The position numbers and the translations under genes were made by a program. Below are positions 8,953 to 17,020 of a stretch of DNA of 64,000 nt, in pieces (the first letter of the stretch is position 1; every line of letters begins with the position of its first letter). This DNA comes from Clostridia bacterium (GTDB lineage: Bacteria; Bacillota; Clostridia; Oscillospirales; Acutalibacteraceae), in contig JAFVSK010000018.1 in NCBI GenBank assembly GCA_017503785.1, positions 106,079-170,078 on the forward strand, in the 5' to 3' direction. Below the pieces are notes generated by a model that did not search any database, was not told the DNA's origin, and saw nothing but the letters and a program-made list of their open reading frames with translations.

Positions 8953-9066
8953 GTAGGGGCAAGGGTTTGCCCTGTAGGGACCGACGTCCTCGGCGGTCCG
9001 CCATGGATTGTACAAATGCGTGGGAAACTTCCCCCGTCATCGGCGTTGCCGTGACAGCCCCCTGCA
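8953..9066. repeat. REP-like GTAGGG-hairpin elements (cluster)
   Basis: GTAGGGGCAAGGGTTTGCCCTGTAGGGACCGACGTCCTCGGCGGTCCGCC, then the conserved tail ..TTGTACAAATGCGTGGGAAACTTCCCCC, then GTTGCCGTGACAGCCCCC. Confidence 0.75.
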
Positions 9067-9104
9067 TACGGACTCCCCGGCGAAATTTGTCGGCAAATCC
9101 CCTC

Positions 9105-9133
9105 TTGACTAACGATGGCATATCCTATATAAT
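9105..9133 (+). promoter_or_regulatory. Putative sigma-A promoter of the capsule (wzz) operon
   Basis: TTGACT (9105-9110), 17 nt, TATAAT (9128-9133). The leader contains hairpin GTCGG-CTTGT-CCGAC. Confidence 0.6.
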
Positions 9134-9188
9134 ATTGGTAGGTGTCGGCTTGTCCGACCGCTACTAGGAAAGAGAGGAGGATCGGCTC

Positions 9189-9899
9189 ATGCAAGAGATC
9201 GATCTCAAATCCGTATTTGCACTGCTGCTGGCCAAGGTGAAATGGATCATCATCAGCGTAGCAGTGGGTATTTTGGTGTTCGGCGTGTACGCCTTCGCCT
9301 TCGTGCCCGAACAGTACACCGCCACGGCGTTCGTGTACGTGCGCAACACCAAAGACGATTTCGACAATACCAGCAACGGCACCACCGCCGGTAACCTTTC
9401 GGCTGCTCAGCAGTTGGTGGCCAACTATTCCATCCACATGAAAACCGAACCGGTGCTGCAGGCCGCTGCCCAAAAAATGAACGGCCGCGTCACGGCCAAG
9501 CAGATCAAAAGCGCTGCCTCGGCCGCCGGCATGGAGGAAACCTCTTGGCTGAAAATTTCGGTCACCATGCCCACCGCCGAGCTGGCTGTGGACACCTGCG
9601 CCGCCATTGCCGACGCTTCGGCCGAAACGTTCGTGGAGCTGGAGGCTTCGTCGGCCTCGGTGCGGGAACATCCCACCAAGGCTACCAAAACGGCTCCCAA
9701 CATCGCCAAAACGGCGCTGCTCGGTGCGCTGCTGGGCTTCGTGGCTTCGGTGGCGGTGATCCTGCTGCGTCAGTTTATGGATAACACCATTCACGACAAG
9801 CACGACCTGCAAATGCATATCGACATTCCGGTGTTGGGCGAGATCCCCAGCTTTGAGCTGGCCACCGGTAAAAAGAAGGGGGGCCGCACCCATGCGTAA
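9189..9899 (+). CDS. Wzz/CpsC-type polysaccharide chain-length determinant (tyrosine-kinase modulator)
   Basis: 236 aa. N-terminal TM (WIIISVAVGILVFGVYAFAF), a YTATAFVYV motif region and a C-terminal TM. Directly followed by its kinase partner. Confidence 0.8.
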   Translation: MQEIDLKSVFALLLAKVKWIIISVAVGILVFGVYAFAFVPEQYTATAFVYVRNTKDDFDNTSNGTTAGNLSAAQQLVANYSIHMKTEPVLQAAAQKMNGRVTAKQIKSAASAAGMEETSWLKISVTMPTAELAVDTCAAIADASAETFVELEASSASVREHPTKATKTAPNIAKTALLGALLGFVASVAVILLRQFMDNTIHDKHDLQMHIDIPVLGEIPSFELATGKKKGGRTHA

Positions 9900-10623
9900 C
9901 ACAAAAAGTGCCAACGGGCAGCGTCCCATTGCCTCCACGTTCCAAATCGTTGAGGCCTACAAAACCATTCGCACCAACCTGCTGTTCACGCTGGCCAACA
10001 CCGACAACAAGATCGTTGCCATTTCCAGCGCCGAGCCCAACGCGGGCAAATCCACCGTGTCGTGCAACCTGTCCATCACCATGGCCCAAACCGGCGCCAA
10101 GGTGCTGCTCATTGATGCCGACATGCGCAAGCCCTCTCAGCACAAAACCTTCCGCGTGAAGAAAGCCAACGGCTTGTCCCGCGTTCTCAGTGGCCAGGCC
10201 GAGCTGGAGGAGTGCATTTGCCACGACGTGGCCCGCGGGCTGGATCTGCTTCCCAGCGGCTCGCTGCCGCCCAACCCGTCGGAGCTGCTCAGTTCCGATA
10301 CCATGAAGGAGCTGCTGGAGCGCTTGGCGCTGCAGTACGATTACATTTTCATTGACACGCCGCCGCTGGGCGTGGTGTCCGACACGCTGGTGCTCTCGGA
10401 GCTGACGGCCGGCACCGTGCTGGTGGCGCGTCAGGGTCAAACCACCTACGACGAGCTGCAAACGGCTATCGACAGCGTGAAAAACGTGAACGGCACCCTG
10501 CTGGGCGTGGTGATCTCGGATATGCGTGAAAATCCGCGCAGCTACGGCCGCTACGAACGCTTCCAGTATTACAAGGCCTACGATTACAGCTACACCACCA
10601 GTCCCGAGGAAGCGGAAAAATAA
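9892..10623 (+). CDS. CpsD/CapB-type protein-tyrosine kinase
   Basis: EAYKTIRTNLLF, Walker A SSAEPNAGKSTVSCNLS, LLIDADMRKP, IFIDTPPLGVVSD and a C-terminal Tyr-rich tail (YGRYERFQYYKAYDYSY). The ATG at 9892 overlaps the upstream stop codon. Confidence 0.9.
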   Translation: MRNTKSANGQRPIASTFQIVEAYKTIRTNLLFTLANTDNKIVAISSAEPNAGKSTVSCNLSITMAQTGAKVLLIDADMRKPSQHKTFRVKKANGLSRVLSGQAELEECICHDVARGLDLLPSGSLPPNPSELLSSDTMKELLERLALQYDYIFIDTPPLGVVSDTLVLSELTAGTVLVARQGQTTYDELQTAIDSVKNVNGTLLGVVISDMRENPRSYGRYERFQYYKAYDYSYTTSPEEAEK

Positions 10624-10640
10624 CCTTTGCCAACAATACC

Positions 10641-10671
10641 AAAAAGCCGCACCTCCCCGTGCGGCTTTTTC
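10641..10671 (+). terminator. Terminator/attenuator between the tyrosine kinase and the CapD-like gene
   Basis: AAAAAGCCGCAC-CTCCCC-GTGCGGCTTTTT. Confidence 0.6.
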
Positions 10672-10692
10672 GTCCATCGAGGTGGATACGTT

Positions 10693-12642
10693 TTGAGTAA
10701 GAAGAAAAAATTCAGATCCTTTATCTTCAACACGCTGGCCGGCGTGCGCGAACTGGTGGTGGCCGTTATGGACCTCATCATCCTCACCGGTTGCTGCACC
10801 CTGCTGTATTGGTTGATCCAATTCGGTCAGCGCGATTCGCTGTTCTTCATGCAGGGCAGCGTGGAAAATCCCCATTTTTGGGTGGCGCAGTTTGCGTTGC
10901 TCATTCTGTCGGTGTTTATGTTCCTGCTGCTGTTTCGCGCCTATGCCAGCCTGTGGCAATACGCGTCCGGCCGCGAATATCTCACCGTCATTGCTTCGGG
11001 CTCCTGCGGCTACGTGCTGTACCTGCTGTTCAGCCGCTTGGTGCTGCAGCGTTCGCTGGCACCGGTGTTTGCGCTGCTCATCGTCACGCTGGCCATTGCC
11101 ATCATGCTGGCAGCGCGCATGCTGTACCGTCACTACCGTGAGCTGGGTCTGGCCCAAACTCTCGCAAAGCAGCGCACCCCCATCATCGTGGTGGGTGCGG
11201 GCGGCGCCGGCGTGATGGTGCTGGATGAAATGGTGCGCAGCACGAACACCGCCTATCGCCCCGTGTGCCTGGTGGACGACGATCCGAAAAAAATCGGGCG
11301 TATGATCCACGGCATTCACATTGAGGGCCCTGTGGCGCGCATGTCGGAGATCATTGCCCGCTACGGCACCAAAGAGGTGCTGGTGGCGATGCCGTCGGTG
11401 GATCGGCACCGTATTCGCGAGATCTTTGAGCTGTGCTCGGCACTGAAATGCCGCGTGCGCATACTGCCCGACGTGCTGAATCTTTCCACCGGCTCGTCAC
11501 TGACAAAGCAAATGCGCGAGGTCTCCATTGACGACCTCTTAGGCCGCGAGCCCGTGGTACTGGAGGACGATCGACTCGACGACCTGCTGCGCGACAAGGT
11601 GGTTATGGTAACCGGCGGCGGTGGGTCCATCGGCTCGGAGCTGTGCCGCCAGATCGCCAAGCACGCGCCTCGGCGGCTCGTGGTGGTGGATATTTACGAA
11701 AACAACGCCTACGATATTCAGCAGGAGCTGCTGTTTAAGTACAAGGATTCACTCGATCTGTGCGTGGAGATCGCCTCGGTGCGCGATGCACATAAGATCG
11801 ACCGCTTGTTCGACCGCTATCGCCCGCAGGTGGTGCTGCACGCCGCCGCGCACAAGCACGTGCCGCTGATGGAGCATTGCCCCGAGGAGGCGGTGCGCAA
11901 CAACGTGTTCGGCACGTACAACGTGGCCTCGGCTGCCGACCGCTTCGGTGTCGATCGGTTCATTCTCATCTCCACCGACAAGGCGGTGAACCCCACCAAC
12001 GTGATGGGCGCCTCCAAGCGGCTGTGCGAGATGATCGTGCAGAGCTTTGCGCACAGCAAAACGCAGTTTGCCGCCGTGCGCTTCGGCAACGTGCTGGGCT
12101 CCAATGGTTCGGTTATTCCGCTGTTTAAACGGCAAATTCAAAACGGCGGCCCTGTCACCATTACCGATAAACGCATCATTCGCTATTTTATGACCATTCC
12201 CGAAGCCGCACAGCTGGTGCTGCTGGCCGGTGCCATGGCCGAGCGCAGCGAGATCTTCGTGCTGGACATGGGCTCCCCCGTGAGCATTCTGGAGCTGGCG
12301 GAAAATTTGATTCGTCTGTCGGGCTTTACGCCGTATGAGGATATCGAAATTAAAGAAACCGGCCTGCGCCCGGGCGAGAAGCTGTATGAGGAGCTGCTTA
12401 CCCGCAGCGAGAATTTGACGGAAACGTCGTCGGCCAAGATCTTTATTGAACGGCAAAAGCAGCCCATCACCCCGAGCGAGCTGCAGGAGAAGTTCCGTGC
12501 GCTGAACGCGGCGCTGGCCAAAGACGATGCCGCCGCGCTGGTGGAAACCATGCACGCCATTGTGCCCACGTTCCGTCCGGCCGAGGTGGTTAACGCCGAA
12601 GCCATTGCCGACCTCGACTACAAGCACGCCGTACATAAATAA
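10693..12642 (+). CDS. CapD/EpsC-type membrane-anchored UDP-sugar 4,6-dehydratase (polysaccharide biosynthesis protein)
   Basis: Four N-terminal TM helices, two Rossmann motifs (VVGAGGAG; VTGGGGSIGSEL), and YENNAYD...HAAAHKHVP...STDKAVNPTNVMGASKR. A TTG start at 10693 after GAGGTGGA is preferred because the terminator lies inside the track ORF's 5' extension. Confidence 0.85.
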   Translation: MSKKKKFRSFIFNTLAGVRELVVAVMDLIILTGCCTLLYWLIQFGQRDSLFFMQGSVENPHFWVAQFALLILSVFMFLLLFRAYASLWQYASGREYLTVIASGSCGYVLYLLFSRLVLQRSLAPVFALLIVTLAIAIMLAARMLYRHYRELGLAQTLAKQRTPIIVVGAGGAGVMVLDEMVRSTNTAYRPVCLVDDDPKKIGRMIHGIHIEGPVARMSEIIARYGTKEVLVAMPSVDRHRIREIFELCSALKCRVRILPDVLNLSTGSSLTKQMREVSIDDLLGREPVVLEDDRLDDLLRDKVVMVTGGGGSIGSELCRQIAKHAPRRLVVVDIYENNAYDIQQELLFKYKDSLDLCVEIASVRDAHKIDRLFDRYRPQVVLHAAAHKHVPLMEHCPEEAVRNNVFGTYNVASAADRFGVDRFILISTDKAVNPTNVMGASKRLCEMIVQSFAHSKTQFAAVRFGNVLGSNGSVIPLFKRQIQNGGPVTITDKRIIRYFMTIPEAAQLVLLAGAMAERSEIFVLDMGSPVSILELAENLIRLSGFTPYEDIEIKETGLRPGEKLYEELLTRSENLTETSSAKIFIERQKQPITPSELQEKFRALNAALAKDDAAALVETMHAIVPTFRPAEVVNAEAIADLDYKHAVHK

Positions 12643-12645
12643 AAC

Positions 12646-12678
12646 GAAAAACGGAGGCACCGTGCCTCCGTTTTTTTA
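12646..12678. terminator. Bidirectional terminator
   Basis: AAAAACGGAGGCA-CCG-TGCCTCCGTTTTTTT. Confidence 0.85.
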
Positions 12679-12924
12679 TTCGCCCCATTCGGCTTTTATG
12701 CGTTCGTTGACCCCGGCATCCATCTTTTGAATGCGTTTTAAATCCTCTTTAGCAATCGAAATTTCCGCAATGTCTGCTTTTTCACCGCGCTGTGGAAAGT
12801 TAACAAGAACCGTAGCGGTCGTATCGGGCTCTATACAAATCCAGCCTTGCATACCCTTGTGTACGCCTTCTTTGGCGTACTTTTCTTTTTCTGTAATAAC
12901 CTCTACACGATCCATCATGTTCAT
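12676..12924 (-). CDS. Hypothetical small protein
   Basis: 82-aa ORF starting MNMMDRVEV with GGGAGG 8 nt upstream. No family recognised with confidence. Confidence 0.5.
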   Translation of the reverse strand: MNMMDRVEVITEKEKYAKEGVHKGMQGWICIEPDTTATVLVNFPQRGEKADIAEISIAKEDLKRIQKMDAGVNERIKAEWGE

Positions 12925-13099
12925 AGTACTTGCCTCCCATGGGGGGTGCTTTTCCCTTTTCAAACCGGCAGTCGTCAAGTTTCAAACATACCGCACAGTG
13001 ATTATCACTCAAATTTTGATGATTCCACGCAACCCAGTGCGGGGTTTGCTGATAGCGTCCCCACACACCTGCAGCAAACGCTTCGCTTATGTAACCCAA
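12800..13099 (-). CDS. Hypothetical ORF overlapping the next gene out of frame
   Basis: TTG start with a strong AAAGGAGGG RBS. The first ~53 aa look protein-like (..HWVAWNHQNLSDNHCAVCLKLDDCRFEKGKAPP). After a C6 run (G6 at 12941-12946 on the plus strand) the frame becomes Arg-rich and overlaps 12676-12924. Confidence 0.3.
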   Translation of the reverse strand: MGYISEAFAAGVWGRYQQTPHWVAWNHQNLSDNHCAVCLKLDDCRFEKGKAPPMGGKYYEHDGSCRGYYRKRKVRQRRRTQGYARLDLYRARYDRYGSC

Positions 13100-13151
13100 A
13101 AGAAAAGCCCTCCTTTACAGTATATCATCTTTTACTGCCAAATACAAGACT

Positions 13152-13343
13152 TCAGATGCCGGTTTTGTCGGTGGGGTTGTTAACGATGCCGAACGATACC
13201 AGCACCGGCAGCAGCACGTTTAACAGGCCGTCCACGGTGGTGCTGATGTCGATGCCGACAAATTCCTTTACGCAAAACGCCGTGAGCGCACCGAGCGAAA
13301 GCCACAGCGCCCACGAGCGAAAGCGGGATAAAAAGCGTTTCAT
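13152..13343 (-). CDS. Phage holin (phi LC3-like)
   Basis: 63 aa, MKRFLSRFRSWALWLSLGAL...LLPVLVSFGIVNNPTDKTGI. Two TM segments and the GIVxxPT tail typical of this holin family. The track ORF's upstream extension is REP sequence. Confidence 0.6.
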   Translation of the reverse strand: MKRFLSRFRSWALWLSLGALTAFCVKEFVGIDISTTVDGLLNVLLPVLVSFGIVNNPTDKTGI

Positions 13344-13384
13344 ACGTCGTTCTCCTTTTTTGTTGATGTGAAATAGGTCATTCT

Positions 13385-13450
13385 GCGATGCCCACATCGT
13401 CCCGCCGAGGGTGGTACCAAGGCGTGACAGCCCCCTCAAAGAGGGGGCCT
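13385..13450. repeat. REP-like GTAGGG-hairpin element
   Basis: GATGCCCACATCGTCCCGCC..GGTACCAAGGCGTGACAGCCCCCTCAAAGAGGGGGCC. Confidence 0.75.
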
Positions 13451-13472
13451 TTTCGCGCAGCGGCACGCTCCA

Positions 13473-13778
13473 TCATTTGAGCAGGAGGGCGGCAAGGGCG
13501 CCTGCCAGCGCCCCCGCCGTCCCTTTCACCAGCCATTCCACGGCGGCGTTCCACCGCTTATTCGGCACGGCCAAAAGGCCCTTAACGTCCTGCTTGATCT
13601 CCTGCACGTCGCCGTCCATGTCCACCTGCTTTTGCGCAATGGTGGCCACACTCTGCACCAGCTCGGTCATTTCGCCGTGCTTTTTCTCCACGTCATCCAA
13701 GCGGTGCGTATTGGATTTGGCGCGGTTCTCCACGGCCGACAGCCGATGCTCCAGCTTTACCTCGTCCACGCTACGCAC
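13473..13778 (-). CDS. XhlA-like phage lysis accessory protein
   Basis: About 100 aa. Coiled-coil N-terminus (LEHRLSAVENRAKSNTHRLDDVEKKH) and a C-terminal TM (GTAGALAGALAALLL). Sits between the endolysin and the holin. Confidence 0.55.
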   Translation of the reverse strand: MRSVDEVKLEHRLSAVENRAKSNTHRLDDVEKKHGEMTELVQSVATIAQKQVDMDGDVQEIKQDVKGLLAVPNKRWNAAVEWLVKGTAGALAGALAALLLK

Positions 13779-14604
13779 CTGCCTTTACGATCTCGATCTG
13801 CACACCGTCGATGGCGTAGCCCAGCACGCCGGCGTAGCCGTCGCCCGTGGGGTCGGCGGTGCCCTCGCACCACTGATGCCAATCGGCGGTTTTGAGCGAG
13901 GTCACGCGGTAGCAGATGGTGTAGTCGGGCAGATCGGTAAGCCTCATCTGCAGCGCGTCGATCGCCTTGCCGCGCACGCCCGCCCAGCTTTTTTGGCTGG
14001 TCACCCACGGCAGCCAGTCGCCGCCCAGCTGATGCACGCGGTACTCCACGGTGCCGCGCTCGGGACGCACCTGAAGCGCCGACGTTGCCTGTCCGAACAC
14101 GCCCGCATAGCCGCTCGCGCCGGCGCCGCAGTTTTGCACCCACGGCAGCCAACGGCGGCCGCTGTAGGCGCGGTAGCGCACGTCGATCCGCTCGGTGATG
14201 GGCAGATCGGCCTCCAGATACGGCGTGGGATCCACGCGCACACCGTCACGCCGCACCTCAAAATGCAGGTGAATACCGTAGCTGTTGCCGGTGTTGCCCA
14301 TGGTGCCCAGCATCTCACCGCGCGAAACGGCTTGCCCTTTTTTCACGTTCACTGAGGCGAGATGGGCATACAGCGTTTCGTAGCCGTCGCCGTGGTCCAC
14401 CTTCACAAAATTGCCGTAGCTGGCAGTACCCTTACTGCCCTTGTTGTTTTTCTGTCCTGTTTGCACCAGCGTGACCACGCCCGCGGAGTGCGCGATGATC
14501 GGCTCGCCGATTGCGTGCACGCGGCCGAGGTCCACCCCTTTATGGGTGACCTTGTAGCCCTGTGTGATGCGATTGGTTCCTTTTTGTAAAATTCTGCTTG
14601 CCAT
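13771..14604 (-). CDS. Phage endolysin: M23 peptidase with three ChW-like wall-binding repeats
   Basis: HKGVDL...GNFVKVDHGDGYETLYAHL...GNTGNSYGIHLHFEV (M23 HxxxD/HxH). Three C-terminal repeats of the type YR.....WLPWV....AGV.G.AIDALQ. Confidence 0.85.
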   Translation of the reverse strand: MASRILQKGTNRITQGYKVTHKGVDLGRVHAIGEPIIAHSAGVVTLVQTGQKNNKGSKGTASYGNFVKVDHGDGYETLYAHLASVNVKKGQAVSRGEMLGTMGNTGNSYGIHLHFEVRRDGVRVDPTPYLEADLPITERIDVRYRAYSGRRWLPWVQNCGAGASGYAGVFGQATSALQVRPERGTVEYRVHQLGGDWLPWVTSQKSWAGVRGKAIDALQMRLTDLPDYTICYRVTSLKTADWHQWCEGTADPTGDGYAGVLGYAIDGVQIEIVKAGA

Positions 14605-14614
14605 AGCGCCCTCC

Positions 14615-15415
14615 TTACGTTAACGTGAAGGTCCAGTTCGGCTTGGTGGCAACCTGTGCGCCCCATTCCTCGGGGGCAAAGGCGGCTTCCACCGCCGCAT
14701 ACGACAGCGTGAGCGTTTTATCTGCCACGGTATCGGACAGCGCCGCCACAAGGCTCGCAATGCTCTCGCGTGAGAGCAGTGTCGATTGCGACACGTCCAC
14801 GCTCGACACCAGCTCGCCCTCCAAACGGATCTCGACGAGATTGGGGATGTTTTGAAAGCTGTCACCCACGTTGCCGCCGTGCAGATACACCTTTTCAATG
14901 CGCGTCAGATACGGCATTCCGTAAAAGACCGATTGCTGCTTGGTGGTACTCGGCGCACCGCGCATATCCACAACGGGAAGCTCGGTAAAGCCCGAGGAGC
15001 AAAACGCATAGTTCCAGTCGGTGCATTGCGAGCCGTCGAACTCCACGGGCAACCGCGAGAGGGATCGGTTGCCGTAGAACGTCATGTACATGCTCGTCGG
15101 TACGAGGGGGTAGGTTGGCGTAAAGGTCTCGTCGTTCCAAAGGCGGGACAGCCTGAAAAGATTGCTGTAACTCGTGGGCTGTCCGTGGTTGGTGATGATA
15201 TCCCACCATGCATCCTGCGCGTTGCCGTAGCCCAGATCGTAACCGATGCTGTGGCCTGCCTGCTCACCCTCGTGGTAGGACGCGTCGCGTGTTTCTTCGA
15301 TACACGGCGGCACTTCCGTCAGTGTTGCGACAGGGCGCCGTAAAACACCGTTACAGCCGTCCAGCACGGCGCTGACGTTGTTGCTGATATTGATAAGATC
15401 GTCGCGCAGGCTCAT
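14615..15415 (-). CDS. Phage structural protein, possible receptor-binding/fibre protein
   Basis: 266 aa from MSLRDD (AAAGGTGG RBS). Position is between the structural genes and the endolysin. Irregular LRR-like C-terminal half. Confidence 0.4.
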   Translation of the reverse strand: MSLRDDLINISNNVSAVLDGCNGVLRRPVATLTEVPPCIEETRDASYHEGEQAGHSIGYDLGYGNAQDAWWDIITNHGQPTSYSNLFRLSRLWNDETFTPTYPLVPTSMYMTFYGNRSLSRLPVEFDGSQCTDWNYAFCSSGFTELPVVDMRGAPSTTKQQSVFYGMPYLTRIEKVYLHGGNVGDSFQNIPNLVEIRLEGELVSSVDVSQSTLLSRESIASLVAALSDTVADKTLTLSYAAVEAAFAPEEWGAQVATKPNWTFTLT

Positions 15416-16035
15416 CCGCTCACCACCTTTATAACGGAAGCGGTGATGCCGCAAAGCTCCTCCACGGCGGCGAGCGTTTCGCCGCACTCTGCGGCAGCGG
15501 CCTCGGCGCGGTCGGCGTGGTGATTGGCCTCCGAAGCCGACTCGGCGGCCGCCTGTGAAAAGGGCCTTGCCATGGTGGCGGCGGCTTCGGCGCGCAGCGT
15601 AAGCTCAGCCTGCTCATCCATGGCCTGCTCGGCGCGGGTGAGATATTCCTGCCACAGCGGTGCCGCCGTGACCCCGCCGCTGCCCTCGTCGCGGTAGTCG
15701 AACCGCAGCAGCACCGGCGGATAATAAAAGCGCGACACCTCATTGCCGCTATCGATCTCCAAGCGGATCAAGCGCAACGCCGCGGTGCCTGCGGCTGTCC
15801 ACGCGGTGGGAATGTCCCACGTGGCGGTGCCGTCTGCCACTGCCAGCGGCGCGGTGATATCGTATTGCCCTGCACCGGTCACCAGCTCCAAACGGTAGGT
15901 GTAGCCCTCGGCAAGCCCGGCGAACGTGAGCTGTGCCACCTTGTCGTCGCCCTCGGTGCCGCACGGCAGTGGACCGCGCGGCGTGATGGCCGTGTCCTGC
16001 ACCGTTAAGTGATACTTAATACAATGCTTGTCCAT
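15412..16035 (-). CDS. Phage structural protein (hypothetical)
   Basis: 207 aa from MDKHC after GGAGGAGG. ATGA overlap with the next gene. Ala-rich helical C-terminus. Confidence 0.4.
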   Translation of the reverse strand: MDKHCIKYHLTVQDTAITPRGPLPCGTEGDDKVAQLTFAGLAEGYTYRLELVTGAGQYDITAPLAVADGTATWDIPTAWTAAGTAALRLIRLEIDSGNEVSRFYYPPVLLRFDYRDEGSGGVTAAPLWQEYLTRAEQAMDEQAELTLRAEAAATMARPFSQAAAESASEANHHADRAEAAAAECGETLAAVEELCGITASVIKVVSG

Positions 16036-17020
16036 ACGGTACCTCCTCCTCGAACAATCCCAAGACCTCCTGCACCTTGGGGTTGCCGTCAATAAACGTT
16101 TGATAGCCGTTTAGCCACTCATCAATGCGGACGCGCGGCACACCTAACGCCTTGCACAGCACGCTGCGCTGCTCGTCGTTCAGCTGATAGGGCGCCACGG
16201 AGCGCATGGCGGCCTCGAAGCCGTCCTTCGTGAAGATCTCCACCGCGCGGTTCACGATGGTGTTGGTGCGCACGTATTCCTCCTTGCGCTGCAGCGTTTC
16301 CTCCACCGACCAGCCCTGGTCTAACGCCAGGGTGTACATGGTCAGGGGAATAGCGCCTTCCTCGTACAGCGTGAGCAGACCCTTGCGGCGGTTTTCCTCG
16401 GCCCTGCCGGCATTGATGCCGTTGCCGCTACCGCTGCTGCCGCTGCCACCGCTGCTGCTACCGCTGCTACCGCTGCTACCGCTGCCGCTGCCACCGCCGC
16501 CACCGCTGCCGCCGCCGCTTTGTGCCTTGGCATCGGCGGCGTAGGCGGCCTTCATCAGGGCGGCGCGGTTGTCGGCGCTGTCCTTTTCGGCGGCGTTTTC
16601 TTCCTTCAGCACCGCGGCGGCGCGCTTGCTTTCCAGCGCGGCCTCTTCGCGTGCAAGAGCTTCGGTGAGCTTGCGCACCGCCTCGTCACGCGTGTTTTCC
16701 GCCGCTTGCGTGCGGCGCTGTGCCGTGACGGCGGCCGCCTGCTCGCCTGCGTGCTCGTAGCCCGAGGCCGTGAGCCCTTGATTGGCCACCCGTTCGCGCA
16801 CCTGCTTCATGGTGATCTGCTTTTGCACCGCGGCCATATCCTGCTGCGACAGCGCCGTGCGCTGCTCGTCACGAATGGCATCGGCCGTGACGTCCACCGC
16901 CGCCTGCCGTTCCTGCTCGTAGGCGGCGTTGATTTGCTCCACGTTCGCCGCCGCCTGCTGCTTACGTTGCTTTTCATACGCATCCGCCTCGGCGGCAGCC
17001 TGCGTAATATACTTACTCAT
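16016..17020 (-). CDS. Phage structural protein with coiled-coil N-terminal half and Gly/Ser linker
   Basis: 334 aa. Ala/Gln/Glu-rich helical N-terminal half, a 35-aa G/S tract (nt ~16420-16520, simple GCT/GCC repeats), and a globular C-terminus. Confidence 0.45.
   Translation of the reverse strand: MSKYITQAAAEADAYEKQRKQQAAANVEQINAAYEQERQAAVDVTADAIRDEQRTALSQQDMAAVQKQITMKQVRERVANQGLTASGYEHAGEQAAAVTAQRRTQAAENTRDEAVRKLTEALAREEAALESKRAAAVLKEENAAEKDSADNRAALMKAAYAADAKAQSGGGSGGGGGSGSGSSGSSGSSSGGSGSSGSGNGINAGRAEENRRKGLLTLYEEGAIPLTMYTLALDQGWSVEETLQRKEEYVRTNTIVNRAVEIFTKDGFEAAMRSVAPYQLNDEQRSVLCKALGVPRVRIDEWLNGYQTFIDGNPKVQEVLGLFEEEVPYGQALY

Noticed and set aside
12646-13151. Prophage attachment-site repeats at the left end (and a matching repeat near 27.5-28.9 kb).
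   Set aside because: I could not find a convincing direct repeat by eye, so the element borders are left undefined.
16342-16533. A poly-Ala ORF and Pro/Leu-rich ORFs (16206-16544) around 16.4-16.5 kb.
   Set aside because: They are alternative readings of the GCT/GCC simple repeat that encodes the Gly/Ser linker of the phage structural protein on the minus strand.
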